From Candidatus Methylomirabilota bacterium (GTDB taxonomy: Bacteria; Methylomirabilota; Methylomirabilia; Rokubacteriales; CSP1-6): a DNA stretch of 64,000 nt. Every line of letters begins with the position of its first letter. Within the stretch, counting starts at the first letter, position 1. The notes beneath the pieces were generated by a model. That model had not been told where the DNA came from, did no database searches, and saw only the letters and a list, made by a program, of their open reading frames with translations. A program made the translations under genes and the position numbers. The stretch lies in NCBI GenBank assembly GCA_046727415.1, contig JBKPCO010000035.1, positions 1,554 to 65,553 of the forward strand. The letters are read 5' to 3'. Below, piece after piece: positions 1 to 9,127 of the stretch.

Positions 1-695
1 CGCTCAAGCCCGGCGATATGAGCCTAGAGCAGCGCCGCCGCCTGGCACTGGCGCGTGCCCTCGCGGTCGAGCCGAAGGTGCTGCTCCTGGACGAGCCGCT
101 CGCCAACCTGGATCCGACGGCGCGCAAAGCGCTTCGCCTCGAGTTGACGAAGCTGCACCGCGACCTGGCAGTGACGACGATTCACGCCACCCGAAACGCG
201 GCCGACGCCCTGGCGCTCTCCGATCGTCTGGCGGTCATCGACAATGGTCGCGTGCTCCAGGTCGGCGACCCGGCCGAGCTCTATCACCAGCCGCAGACCC
301 GGGCGGCCGCCGAGGCGCTCGGCCCAGCGAGCTTCTTGCCGGTGCGCGTGGTCGAGCTTCGCGACCTCGGCGTCGTCGTCGAGACCGAGCACGGCGACCG
401 CGTACCCGTCGCCGGCCGCGGCGCCTATCGCCTCGGCGATCGCGGGCTCCTGGTCCTGCGCCCCGAGACCCTATCGATGACCGAGGCCGCCATGGCGCGG
501 GGCCCGGGCATCCCCGGTCGGGTCGCGCTGCGCGTCTTCGAGGGCTCTCGTCACCTCTACGAGATCGAGATCGGCACGACAGTCCCGATTCGGGTCGAGC
601 TTCCCGCCGTAGGCGAAGAGCGCGTCTTCCGCCTCGGCGACCGAGTCCGCGTAGAAATCTCCAGCGAAACCGTCGTCCTGGTCCCCGACGCCTGA
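1..695 (+). CDS. ABC transporter ATP-binding protein, C-terminal part (5' end outside window)
   Basis: The frame of ORF 18..695 stays open to nt 1. ABC signature-like 'MSLEQRRRLALARAL' and Walker B 'VLLLDEP' are followed by a ~110-aa TOBE-like beta domain, as in PotA/FbpC/MalK-type importer ATPases. Confidence 0.85.
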   Translation, partial: LKPGDMSLEQRRRLALARALAVEPKVLLLDEPLANLDPTARKALRLELTKLHRDLAVTTIHATRNAADALALSDRLAVIDNGRVLQVGDPAELYHQPQTRAAAEALGPASFLPVRVVELRDLGVVVETEHGDRVPVAGRGAYRLGDRGLLVLRPETLSMTEAAMARGPGIPGRVALRVFEGSRHLYEIEIGTTVPIRVELPAVGEERVFRLGDRVRVEISSETVVLVPDA

Positions 696-699
696 GAAA

Positions 700-1464
700 C
701 TAGATCGAGTAGATGCGATCCTGCTCGAGGATCGAAACGCGCGAGCCGTCGATGCGCGAGAGCTCCTCGGCGATCTCCTCTTGAAACTGCGGCTTCACGT
801 GAAAGATCCACACGGGAATGTCGGGCGGCAGCTTGTCGATCTCGCGCCGGATGAGGGCGGGCGTCATGTGCTTGGCGACCTGGCCGAGCGGTCCGAGCCG
901 GTTCGGGAACGCGCACTCGAGGATGACCGCGCGGATGCCCCGGACGTCGCGGGCTGCCCGCCACAGCGCCTCCGTCGGCCCTGTGTCCCCCGAATAGACG
1001 AGGCCGGTCGAGCCGTCGTGCACGATGAATCCGGCGGCGGGCACCGTGTGGTTGACGGCGACGGGCGTCACCCAGAGATCGCCAACCTTCTGCTCGGTAT
1101 CCGCGACCAGCGTCCGGTACTTCACGACCGGCACGTCGGGGTGGGGGATCTTGCTGAAGTCGGGCCAGAGCGTGTCGTTGAACACGCCGGCGCGGAGCGT
1201 GGTGATGACCGGATCGATGCTGGCGATGGTGACCGCCGCCCCGACCTCGCAGAACGCGAGCGTCTCGGTGAGGTACACGAGGCCGGTGATGTGGTCCAGG
1301 TGGGCGTGCGACACGAGCGCGTGCTCGACGGCAAGCTGGTCCGGAATCGTGAGCGCACCGCTCACGCTGCCGCCGTCGAGGAGAACCTTGTCATTGACGA
1401 GAAAGGCCGACGGCCGATGCCCGAGACCTTCGCCACCGAAGGCGCCGAGCACGCGAATCTTCAT
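700..1464 (-). CDS. MBL-fold hydrolase, class-II 3',5'-cyclic-nucleotide phosphodiesterase-like
   Basis: 254 aa. Metallo-beta-lactamase motif 'SHAHLDHITGL' (HxHxDH) in the context typical of class-II cAMP phosphodiesterases (CpdP/PDE1 type). ATG at 1464. Confidence 0.7.
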   Translation of the reverse strand: MKIRVLGAFGGEGLGHRPSAFLVNDKVLLDGGSVSGALTIPDQLAVEHALVSHAHLDHITGLVYLTETLAFCEVGAAVTIASIDPVITTLRAGVFNDTLWPDFSKIPHPDVPVVKYRTLVADTEQKVGDLWVTPVAVNHTVPAAGFIVHDGSTGLVYSGDTGPTEALWRAARDVRGIRAVILECAFPNRLGPLGQVAKHMTPALIRREIDKLPPDIPVWIFHVKPQFQEEIAEELSRIDGSRVSILEQDRIYSI

Positions 1465-1501
1465 GCTGTCGCGATACTAGCACACGCCGTTGTAAGATGA
1501 C

Positions 1502-2182
1502 GTGAAGCGCATGAGCGACGAGACGTTCGACTACCCCACGATGGCGCGCGCGTTGATTCTGGGCGACAAGGACACCGTCGCCCGCAAGACGCGCGAGGGC
1601 CTCGACCTGTCGCTCGACCCGAAGGTGCTCATCTTCAAGGGCCTCATTCCGGGCATGGACGTCGTCGGCGAGAAGTTCCGCCGCAACGAGTACTACGTCC
1701 CGCAGGTGCTCTTGTCGGCGCGCGCCATGTACGCCGGGCTCGATCTCCTGAAGCCGCTCATTACCGCCTCCGCGCGCGGCGGCGACTATCTCGGTATCGT
1801 GGTCATCGGGACCGCGCAGGGTGACCTGCACGACATCGGCAAAAACCTGGTCGCGATGATGCTCGAAGGCGCCGGCTTCAAGGTCGTCAACCTGGGTCGC
1901 GATGTCGCCCCCGAGGTATTCGTCAACGCGGTCGGCGAGCACAACGCCAACATCGTCGGCATCTCAGCCCTGATGACCACCACCATGCCGGCCATGAAGC
2001 GCACGATCGACGCTTTGATCAAGGCGGGGCTCCGCGAGCGGGTCAAGGTCATGGTCGGCGGCGCGCCGGTGAGCCAGGCGTTCGCCGACGAGATCGGTGC
2101 CGACGGCTACGCCAAGGACTCTACCCTGGCCGTCGTGAAGGCCAAGGCCCTGGTCGGCGCCACCGCGGAAGTCGCCTCGTGA
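1502..2182 (+). CDS. Corrinoid (cobalamin)-binding methyltransferase partner protein
   Basis: DxHxxG lower-ligand motif 'GDLHDIGKNLV', SxL 'SALMTTT' and GG 'VMVGGAPV', preceded by a B12-binding_2 helical cap. Same architecture as MtaC/MtbC and the MetH cobalamin module. GTG 1502 (ATG 1511 is an alternative). Confidence 0.9.
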   Translation: MKRMSDETFDYPTMARALILGDKDTVARKTREGLDLSLDPKVLIFKGLIPGMDVVGEKFRRNEYYVPQVLLSARAMYAGLDLLKPLITASARGGDYLGIVVIGTAQGDLHDIGKNLVAMMLEGAGFKVVNLGRDVAPEVFVNAVGEHNANIVGISALMTTTMPAMKRTIDALIKAGLRERVKVMVGGAPVSQAFADEIGADGYAKDSTLAVVKAKALVGATAEVAS

Positions 2183-3099
2183 AGGCACGCGGCTGGGAGA
2201 TCGTCGACCGGATCCGCGGGGGCGAGACGCTCGTGTTCGACGGCGGCTACGGCACCATGCTCTTCGCGGCCGGGCTCGCGAACGGCGCCTGTCCCGAGCT
2301 GTGGAACGACACGCACGGCGACGTCGTGCGGGGCATCCACGCGGGCTATTTTGGCGCCGGCAGCCAGATCGTCGAGACGAACACCTTCGGTGGCACCCGG
2401 CTCAAGCTCAACGAGTACAAAATTGGCGACCGCACGCGCGAGCTAAACGAGAAGGGCGCCCGGCTGGCGCTGGCGGCGGCGCCGCCGTCGGGGTACGTGG
2501 CCGGATCGATCGGGCCGACCAGCCGTCTGCCGCTCGACTACGCCCTCGACGAGGGCGTTACCGACGAGGAATACCTCGAAACGTTCCAGGAGCAGGCAAC
2601 CGCGCTCGCGGAGGGCGGGGTCGATCTCTTCGCGGTCGAGACCATGATGTTCCCGCAGGAGTGCACGGCGGCGATCCGTGCGTGCAAGGCGGTGGCGGAC
2701 CTGCCGGTGATGGCCACCATGTTCTTCCAGTACGAGGAGATGCACGACCGGGACCGGACGATGTGGGGTGAGAGCCCGTCTGAGGTCGCGAAGAACCTCG
2801 TCGCCGCCGGCGCCGACGTGGTCGGCATGAACTGCGGCCGCGGTCCAGACCGCGCGATCGTCATCATCCGTGAGATGCGTGGGGCCACCGACGTTCCGCT
2901 CGTCGCCTATCCGAACGCGGGCTTGCCGGTCACCACGGGAGACATCGTGACGTACGAGCTCGGCCCGGAGGAGATGGCGCGCGAGTATCCGGCGCTCCTC
3001 GACGCCGGATGCAACATCGTGGGCGCGTGCTGCGGATCGAACCCCGAGCACATCCGCCGCATCGCGGAGGTCGTCCGAGGCCGACGCCCGAAGCGGTGA
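2179..3099 (+). CDS. Homocysteine S-methyltransferase-domain protein (MetH Hcy-barrel-like, stand-alone)
   Basis: PF02574-type motifs 'FDGGYGTML' and 'ETNTFG', with Zn-ligand cysteines in 'GMNCG' and 'GACCGSNPEHI'. The start overlaps the stop of the corrinoid gene by 4 nt. Confidence 0.85.
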   Translation: MKARGWEIVDRIRGGETLVFDGGYGTMLFAAGLANGACPELWNDTHGDVVRGIHAGYFGAGSQIVETNTFGGTRLKLNEYKIGDRTRELNEKGARLALAAAPPSGYVAGSIGPTSRLPLDYALDEGVTDEEYLETFQEQATALAEGGVDLFAVETMMFPQECTAAIRACKAVADLPVMATMFFQYEEMHDRDRTMWGESPSEVAKNLVAAGADVVGMNCGRGPDRAIVIIREMRGATDVPLVAYPNAGLPVTTGDIVTYELGPEEMAREYPALLDAGCNIVGACCGSNPEHIRRIAEVVRGRRPKR

Positions 3100-3821
3100 A
3101 GGCGCAGCTTTCCACAGCGTCGCGCGTTCTCACCGCACTCCCGCTCGCCATCGATCCGGCGGAGGTGCTCCGCTTCCAGGGCTACAAGAAATCGGTCGAC
3201 ACTCCGGACCCGGAAGTGCGGGACCTCTTCGCCCAGGCGCTCGCGCTCGGGCGAAGCCTCATGGACCCGCGCGCCGTCGTGCGCTGGCTCCCGGTGCAGC
3301 GCCAGAGCGCCGACGCGATCGAGGCCGGCGACGCCACGCTGGCCATCCCCGACGTGGGCCGCCTGTGGGGACCAGTCGAGTGGATCGCGGCCGCCGTGTG
3401 CACGATCGGAGACGCGCTCGAGCGGCGCGCAGCCCAGCTGTGGGACGCGCGCGAGCTTCCGCTCGCCGCGATGCTCGACAGCGTCGGATCGGGAGCCGTC
3501 GAGAGCCTGGCCGAGTACGTCAACGATCTCCTGTGCCAGGAGGCGATTCCGCTCGGGCTGCCGGTGACGAACCGCGTGAGCCCCGGGTACGGTAGCTGGG
3601 ACGTGGCCGAGCAGCGCGTCCTGTTCGACGTGTGCCCGGGCGCGCCGATCGGTGTCAGCCTGAACGAAGCCTGCTTCATGACGCCGGTCAAGTCGATCTC
3701 GCTGCTGGCCGCGGCCGGCGCCGGCGCGCGCGTTGACCACTACTTCAGCCAGTGCGCGCGGTGCTGGATGCGCGATTGCGCCTACCGGCGAACGGCCGCC
3801 CACAAGACCGTACATCGCTAG
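3096..3821 (+). CDS. Methionine-synthase activation (SAM-dependent reactivation) domain protein
   Basis: Resembles the MetH C-terminal activation domain and the stand-alone 'B12-dependent methionine synthase activation domain' proteins ('NRVSPGYGSWD' ~ RxxxGY SAM motif). ORF-track start 3009 lies inside the upstream gene. GTG 3096 overlaps its TGA (GTGA). Confidence 0.7.
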   Translation: MKAQLSTASRVLTALPLAIDPAEVLRFQGYKKSVDTPDPEVRDLFAQALALGRSLMDPRAVVRWLPVQRQSADAIEAGDATLAIPDVGRLWGPVEWIAAAVCTIGDALERRAAQLWDARELPLAAMLDSVGSGAVESLAEYVNDLLCQEAIPLGLPVTNRVSPGYGSWDVAEQRVLFDVCPGAPIGVSLNEACFMTPVKSISLLAAAGAGARVDHYFSQCARCWMRDCAYRRTAAHKTVHR

Positions 3822-3878
3822 CGCCTCTCGACCCCTGGTGGCGTTCAGCCGCGTACCCCGATCTGATACGATGCGAGG

Positions 3879-4403
3879 ATGCGGCGTGACAACGTCGTGC
3901 TCGTTGGATTCATGGGCGCCGGAAAGTCGGTCTGCGGGCGGCTCCTGGCGCGCCGGCTCGGGCGCTGCTTCGTCGAGACCGACGACATGATCGTCGCGCG
4001 CGAGGGCCGCTCGATCCCCGAGATCTTCCGCGACGAGGGCGAGGAGCGATTCCGCCAGCTCGAGACCGAGACGCTCGACGCGCTGACACTGAAGTCGGGT
4101 GACGTCATCGCCACCGGCGGCGGCCTGCCGTGCCGCGAGGGCTGGATGGAACGGCTGCGGGAGCTGGGCACGGTCGTCTGGCTCGACGGCGACGTACACG
4201 AGCTGCTCGAGCGGGCCCGCCGGGTCGGCAACCGGCCGATGCTGGACGGGCGGTCCGGTGACGAGATCGAGGAGCTCTACCGGGCGCGCCGGCCCTACTA
4301 CGGACGGGCGCACCTCACGATCGACACGACGGGACGCAGCGTCGACCAGGTCGTCTCGCTCGTCCTGGCCGCCCTGCGGGACGCGCATGCCGTACGAGCT
4401 TAG
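3879..4403 (+). CDS. aroK: Shikimate kinase
   Basis: 174 aa with P-loop 'GFMGAGKS' and 'RQLETETL...ATGGG' typical of AroK. Confidence 0.9.
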   Translation: MRRDNVVLVGFMGAGKSVCGRLLARRLGRCFVETDDMIVAREGRSIPEIFRDEGEERFRQLETETLDALTLKSGDVIATGGGLPCREGWMERLRELGTVVWLDGDVHELLERARRVGNRPMLDGRSGDEIEELYRARRPYYGRAHLTIDTTGRSVDQVVSLVLAALRDAHAVRA

Positions 4404-6237
4404 CCGCCGGCTCACTGCGGCGCCACTCCTGTGCGACGGCGCAATGGGCACGCTGCTCTACTCGCGCGGGGTCTCTCTGGACGCTTGCTTCGACGTCCTC
4501 AACCTGAACAATCCCAGGCTGATCCAGTCGATCCACGCCGACTACATCGCGGCCGGTGCCGACTGCATCGAGACGAACACTTTCGGCGCCAACCGGTTCA
4601 AGCTGGCCGTGCACGGGCTGGAGGGACAGGTCCGCGAGATCAACCGTCGCGGTGCGGCAACGGCCCGCGACGCCCGCGAGAGCTCCGGCCGCGACGTCTT
4701 CGTTCTCGGCTCGATCGGGCCGCTCGGGAAATACCTGGCGCCGCTCGGCACGGTGACCGCCGACGAGGCCCGCTCGGCGTTCCAGGAGCAGGCCGAGGCG
4801 CTACTCGAGGGCGGGGTCGACGCGTTCATCGTCGAAACCTTCTCCGACCTCGACGAGGTTTCGCTCGCGGTCGGAGCCATCCGCGCGATCACCGATGTAC
4901 CGATCATCGCGCAGATGGCGTTCACCGACGACGGTGTCACGTTTACCGGCCGCTCGGCGGCCGAGGTCGCGCGCGCGGTGAGTGCGCTTCCCGTGCAGGC
5001 CCTCGGCGCCAACTGCTCGGTCGGTTCGAGCACTCTCTACGAGGTGCTCCTTCAAATGCAGGCCGAAGCCGCGAATTTACCGCTGTGCATCCAGCCGAAC
5101 GCCGGGCTGCCCAGCCGCATCGGGGAGCGCCTCATCTACCTCTCGTCCCCGGCCTACATGGCGGACTACGCGGGGCGGATGGTCGACGCCGGTGCCAGGC
5201 TCGTCGGGGGCTGCTGCGGGACCACGCCCCAGCACATCGCGGCGATGCGCGAGGTGCTCGACCGCCGCCGGCCGGGGCGGCCCGAGGCCCGACGCGCGAC
5301 AGTGTCGGTCAGTCCTGTTGCCGCCAGTGCCGACCCGGGCCTCCACGTCGCTCGGCCTCCCACGGTTCTCGGGCGCAAGCTTGCGGCACGGGAGTTCCTG
5401 GTCACCGTGGAGCTCGACCCGCCGCGCGGGCACACCGTCGAGAAGCTCGTGCAGGGCGCCAAGCTCCTGCGCGAGCGCGGCGTGGACATCGTCGACATCA
5501 ACGACGGCTCGCTCGGGCGTGTCCGCATGGCGGTGCTGCCCACGGCGCTCCTCGTCCGGGACGCGACCGGGCTCGACATCAACATGCACTTCACGTGTCG
5601 TGACCGGAACCTCATGGGCATCCAAGGCGATCTCCTGGGCGCTCATGCCCTCGACGTGCGCAACATCCTGGCGATGACCGGCGACCCGCCGCGCGCCGGC
5701 GACTATGCCAACGCCACGGCCGTCTTCGACGTCGACGGTGTCGGTCTGATCGAGATCCTTCGTCGGATGAACGAGGGTCAGGATGCGACCGGAAGCAGCA
5801 TCGGCGAGCCGACCTCGTTCTACGTGGGCGCTGCCCTGAACCCGGCGGCTGAGGACGTCGCGCGCGAGATCGACCGCTTCCAGCGCAAAGTGCAGGCGGG
5901 AGCTCGCTGGGTGCAGACCCAGCCGGTGTACGACCTGGCCCAGCTCGATCGCTTTCTCGAGCAGGCTGGGGGCTCACCGGTTCCGGTGCTGGTCGGCATC
6001 CTTCCGCTCCACAGTGCGCGCCACGCCGAGTTCCTTCACAACGAGGTCCCGGGCATCACGATCCCCGAGCCGATCCGCCGCCGTCTGCGCGCGGCCGGAG
6101 ACGGCGCGCTTCCCGTGGGCATCGAGATGGCGCAGGAGCTCGTCCGGGCCGTTCGCCAGCGCTACGCCGGCGCCTATCTCATGCCCTCGTTCGGACGCTT
6201 CGAGGTCGTCGCGGAGGTCCTCGATGCCATCCGCTGA
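4387..6237 (+). CDS. yitJ: Bifunctional homocysteine S-methyltransferase / 5,10-methylenetetrahydrofolate reductase (YitJ-like fusion)
   Basis: N-terminal PF02574 domain ('CDGAMGTLL','ETNTFGANR','GGCCGTTPQHI') fused to a C-terminal MetF/MTHFR barrel. ATG 4387 chosen. The ORF-track N-extension from 4099 is Arg/Ser-rich and overlaps aroK. Confidence 0.85.
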   Translation: MPYELSRRLTAAPLLCDGAMGTLLYSRGVSLDACFDVLNLNNPRLIQSIHADYIAAGADCIETNTFGANRFKLAVHGLEGQVREINRRGAATARDARESSGRDVFVLGSIGPLGKYLAPLGTVTADEARSAFQEQAEALLEGGVDAFIVETFSDLDEVSLAVGAIRAITDVPIIAQMAFTDDGVTFTGRSAAEVARAVSALPVQALGANCSVGSSTLYEVLLQMQAEAANLPLCIQPNAGLPSRIGERLIYLSSPAYMADYAGRMVDAGARLVGGCCGTTPQHIAAMREVLDRRRPGRPEARRATVSVSPVAASADPGLHVARPPTVLGRKLAAREFLVTVELDPPRGHTVEKLVQGAKLLRERGVDIVDINDGSLGRVRMAVLPTALLVRDATGLDINMHFTCRDRNLMGIQGDLLGAHALDVRNILAMTGDPPRAGDYANATAVFDVDGVGLIEILRRMNEGQDATGSSIGEPTSFYVGAALNPAAEDVAREIDRFQRKVQAGARWVQTQPVYDLAQLDRFLEQAGGSPVPVLVGILPLHSARHAEFLHNEVPGITIPEPIRRRLRAAGDGALPVGIEMAQELVRAVRQRYAGAYLMPSFGRFEVVAEVLDAIR

Positions 6238-7531
6238 CCTCGTCACGCTCGGTCTTCGCGCCGCCGCGGACGCGGTCCGCTCGGGGGCGGTGAGCCCGGT
6301 CGATCTCACCGAGGCGTGTCTCGCGCGCATCCGGGCGCTCGACGGAGCCATCCGGGCGTGGGCTCACGTGGACCACGACGGTGTGCTCGCCACCGCGCGC
6401 GAGCGTCTGGCCGAGGCCCGCGCTGGACGGTTTCGAGGACCGCTGCATGGGGTGCCGGTGGGCGTGAAGGACATCGTCGACGTCGCGGGAATGCCGACGA
6501 CCGGCGGCGCGAAGCCGTTCGCCCACACGCGCCCGACCGTGGACGCGCCCGTGGTCGCGCGCCTGCGCGCGGCGGGGGCGATCATCCTCGGCAAGACCGT
6601 GACGACCGAGTTCGCGTATCGCGATCCGGCGCCGACGCGAAACCCGTGGAATCAGGGTCACACGCCTGGCGGATCGTCGGCCGGCTCGGCCGCCGCCCTG
6701 GCCGCGCGGATGGCCCCGCTGGCGATCGGCTCACAGACCGTGGGCTCGGTGCTCAGACCGGCCGCGTACTGCGGTGTCGTCGGCTTCAAGGGGACCCACG
6801 GCCGTGTACCGGTCGCCGGCGTCATTCCGCTCGCGTGGTCGCTCGACCACGTCGGCGTGCTCACCCGGTCGGTCGCGGACGCTGCCCTCGCCATGTCTGT
6901 GCTGGCCGGCAGGGCCCTCGAGCCGCAGACAGTGAGTGCGCCGCGGATCGCGCTCGCTCCCGAGCTCCTGGAGCGCGCGTCGCCGGAAGTCGCGGCCCAC
7001 GTCCAGGCCGTCGCCGACGCGCTCGTCCGCGACGGTGCGACGGTGTCGAAGGTCGAGCTGCCCGCGTCGTTCCGCGGAATCCATGCGGCGGGGCTGACCG
7101 TGCTCGAGGCCGAGGCCGCCGCCTATCACGCTCCCGCGTTCGCCCGACACGCCGACGAGTACAGCCGTGAGATGCGAAGCCTTATCGAGACGGGGCTGCG
7201 GCAGACCGCGACGGCGTACGTCAACGCCAATCGCGCTCGCCTCGCGTTCCGGGATGACGCCATGCCTCTCCTGGAAGCACACGACGCGCTCCTGTCTCCC
7301 ACGGCCCCTACGCCGGCGCCGGCAGGGCTCGGCTCGACCGGGGACGGCTCCTTCTGTGCGCCCTGGAGCAACGCGGGTGTTCCCGCAATCTCCCTGCCCA
7401 GCGGCATCGCCGCGTCGGGGCTTCCCCACGCGATCCAGCTCGTCCAGGCTGCCGGGGCGTCGGCGCGCCTTCTGGGCGTCGCCGCCTGGTGCGAGAAGGC
7501 GCTGGCGTTCTCGCAGGCTCCGCCCGTCTAG
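6224..7531 (+). CDS. Amidase (amidase-signature family, GatA-like)
   Basis: 'GVPVGVKD' and 'GGSSAGSAAALAA' amidase-signature motifs. ATG 6224 overlaps the end of the upstream gene. Confidence 0.85.
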   Translation: MPSADLVTLGLRAAADAVRSGAVSPVDLTEACLARIRALDGAIRAWAHVDHDGVLATARERLAEARAGRFRGPLHGVPVGVKDIVDVAGMPTTGGAKPFAHTRPTVDAPVVARLRAAGAIILGKTVTTEFAYRDPAPTRNPWNQGHTPGGSSAGSAAALAARMAPLAIGSQTVGSVLRPAAYCGVVGFKGTHGRVPVAGVIPLAWSLDHVGVLTRSVADAALAMSVLAGRALEPQTVSAPRIALAPELLERASPEVAAHVQAVADALVRDGATVSKVELPASFRGIHAAGLTVLEAEAAAYHAPAFARHADEYSREMRSLIETGLRQTATAYVNANRARLAFRDDAMPLLEAHDALLSPTAPTPAPAGLGSTGDGSFCAPWSNAGVPAISLPSGIAASGLPHAIQLVQAAGASARLLGVAAWCEKALAFSQAPPV

Positions 7532-7534
7532 CCC

Positions 7535-9127
7535 GTGTTCGACCTCAAGATCGAGGGCGCACAGGTCATCGACGGCACCGGGCGGCCCGGAGCCCGGGCG
7601 GACGTGGGCATCAAGGACGACCGCATCGCGGCGGTCGGCGACCTTCACCGCGAGGCCGCGGGCAGCAACCTGCACGCGTCGGGCAAGGTCGTGGCGCCCG
7701 GGTTCATCGACATGCACTCGCACTCGGACTGGCGACTCTGGGAAAATCGCCGTGCGGAATCGAAGGTGAGGCAGGGCGTGACCACCGAGGTGGTCGGCAA
7801 CTGCGGATTCTCGCCGGCGCCGGTGTCCGACGAGTTCCTCGACGATCTGCGCGGGTTCGCACTCCACGTGCCAGCGGGCATGGACTTTCGCTGGCGTTCC
7901 GTCGGCGACTACCTCCGGGCGTTCGATTCGAGCGGCACGGCGCTCAACGTGATCCAGCTCATTGGTCACGGCACGCTGCGCGTGGCGGTCATGGGCTTCG
8001 CGCGGCGCCAGCCGACACCGGCTGAGCTTCGGCGCATGCAGAAGCTGCTCGCCGATGGGATCGAGGACGGTGCGTGGGGCCTCTCCACCGGGCTGATCTA
8101 CCCGCCGGGCTCATTTGCCACGACCGACGAGATCGTGGAGCTCGCCGCCGTCGCGGGTCGGCATCGCGGCTTCTACGCGAGCCACATCCGGGGGGAGGGG
8201 GCAACCCTGCTGGACGCCGTTCAGGAGGCGATCCACGTGGGCCGGGAGGGCGACCTGCCGGTGCAGATCAGTCATGTTAAGGCGGCCGGACGGCCGAACT
8301 GGGGTAAGGTGGCCGATGTGCTCGCGCTCGTCGATGCCGCGCGGGACGAGGGACTCGACGTTATGGCCGACGTCTACCCGTACACTGCGTCCAGTACCAT
8401 GTTACGGGCGCTCCTGCCGGACTGGGCGCTCGAGGGCGGGATTGATGCCATGCTCGGACGCCTCGCCGATCCCGACGCCCGCGCGCGCATCCGCCGCGAC
8501 ATCGAGTCGCCGCCGACTGGCCAGAGCCTCGTCGACCGCATCGGGTGGGAGAACGTCATGATCGCGTCCGCCGTCAAGCGCCGCGACGCCGAGGGAAAGC
8601 GCCTATCCGAGATCGCGGCCGCCGGCGGTGTGGACGCGGTCGACGCCGCGCTGGAGCTGCTCGAGGCCGAGGGCGGAAAGGGCTCGATGATCCTCTTTCA
8701 GCTCGACGAGCGCGATCTCAGGCGGGCGCTCGTGCACGAGGCCGTCATGATCGGCTCCGACGGTTCGGCGCTCGCGCCCGGCGGCCTGGCCGGGGGCAAG
8801 CCGCATCCGCGGAGCTACGGCACCTTTCCGCGTGTCCTCGGGGAATACGCGCGCGAGGAGCGCGTGCTGACGCTGGCCCAGGCGGTTCACAAGATGACGG
8901 GTCTTCCGGCGCGCCGTCTCGGGCTCAAGGATCGGGGCGTCATCGCGGTCGGCGCGCGGGCCGACCTCGTGGTGTTCGATGCGCGCCGGGTCGGCGACCG
9001 CGCCACTTACCAGGAGCCCCACCAGTACCCGTCGGGGATCGAGCACGTCCTCGTCAACGGCAGCTTCGTTATCAAGGACGGCCAGCACACCGGGAGCCTT
9101 CCCGGGAGACTCCTGACACCGGCATGA
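7535..9127 (+). CDS. N-acyl-D-amino-acid deacylase (D-aminoacylase) family amidohydrolase
   Basis: 530 aa. 'VAPGFIDMHSHSD' HxH metal motif and the overall D-aminoacylase layout. GTG 7535 lies 3 nt after the amidase stop. Confidence 0.85.
   Translation: MFDLKIEGAQVIDGTGRPGARADVGIKDDRIAAVGDLHREAAGSNLHASGKVVAPGFIDMHSHSDWRLWENRRAESKVRQGVTTEVVGNCGFSPAPVSDEFLDDLRGFALHVPAGMDFRWRSVGDYLRAFDSSGTALNVIQLIGHGTLRVAVMGFARRQPTPAELRRMQKLLADGIEDGAWGLSTGLIYPPGSFATTDEIVELAAVAGRHRGFYASHIRGEGATLLDAVQEAIHVGREGDLPVQISHVKAAGRPNWGKVADVLALVDAARDEGLDVMADVYPYTASSTMLRALLPDWALEGGIDAMLGRLADPDARARIRRDIESPPTGQSLVDRIGWENVMIASAVKRRDAEGKRLSEIAAAGGVDAVDAALELLEAEGGKGSMILFQLDERDLRRALVHEAVMIGSDGSALAPGGLAGGKPHPRSYGTFPRVLGEYAREERVLTLAQAVHKMTGLPARRLGLKDRGVIAVGARADLVVFDARRVGDRATYQEPHQYPSGIEHVLVNGSFVIKDGQHTGSLPGRLLTPA

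Noticed and set aside
2907-4451. 514-aa ORF on the minus strand
   Set aside because: It is antisense to the MetH-activation-like gene, aroK and the YitJ-like start. Its composition is dominated by Arg/Ala/Pro/Gly, as expected for an off-frame reading of ~70% GC DNA. No motif was recognised, and the sense-strand genes have clear family motifs.
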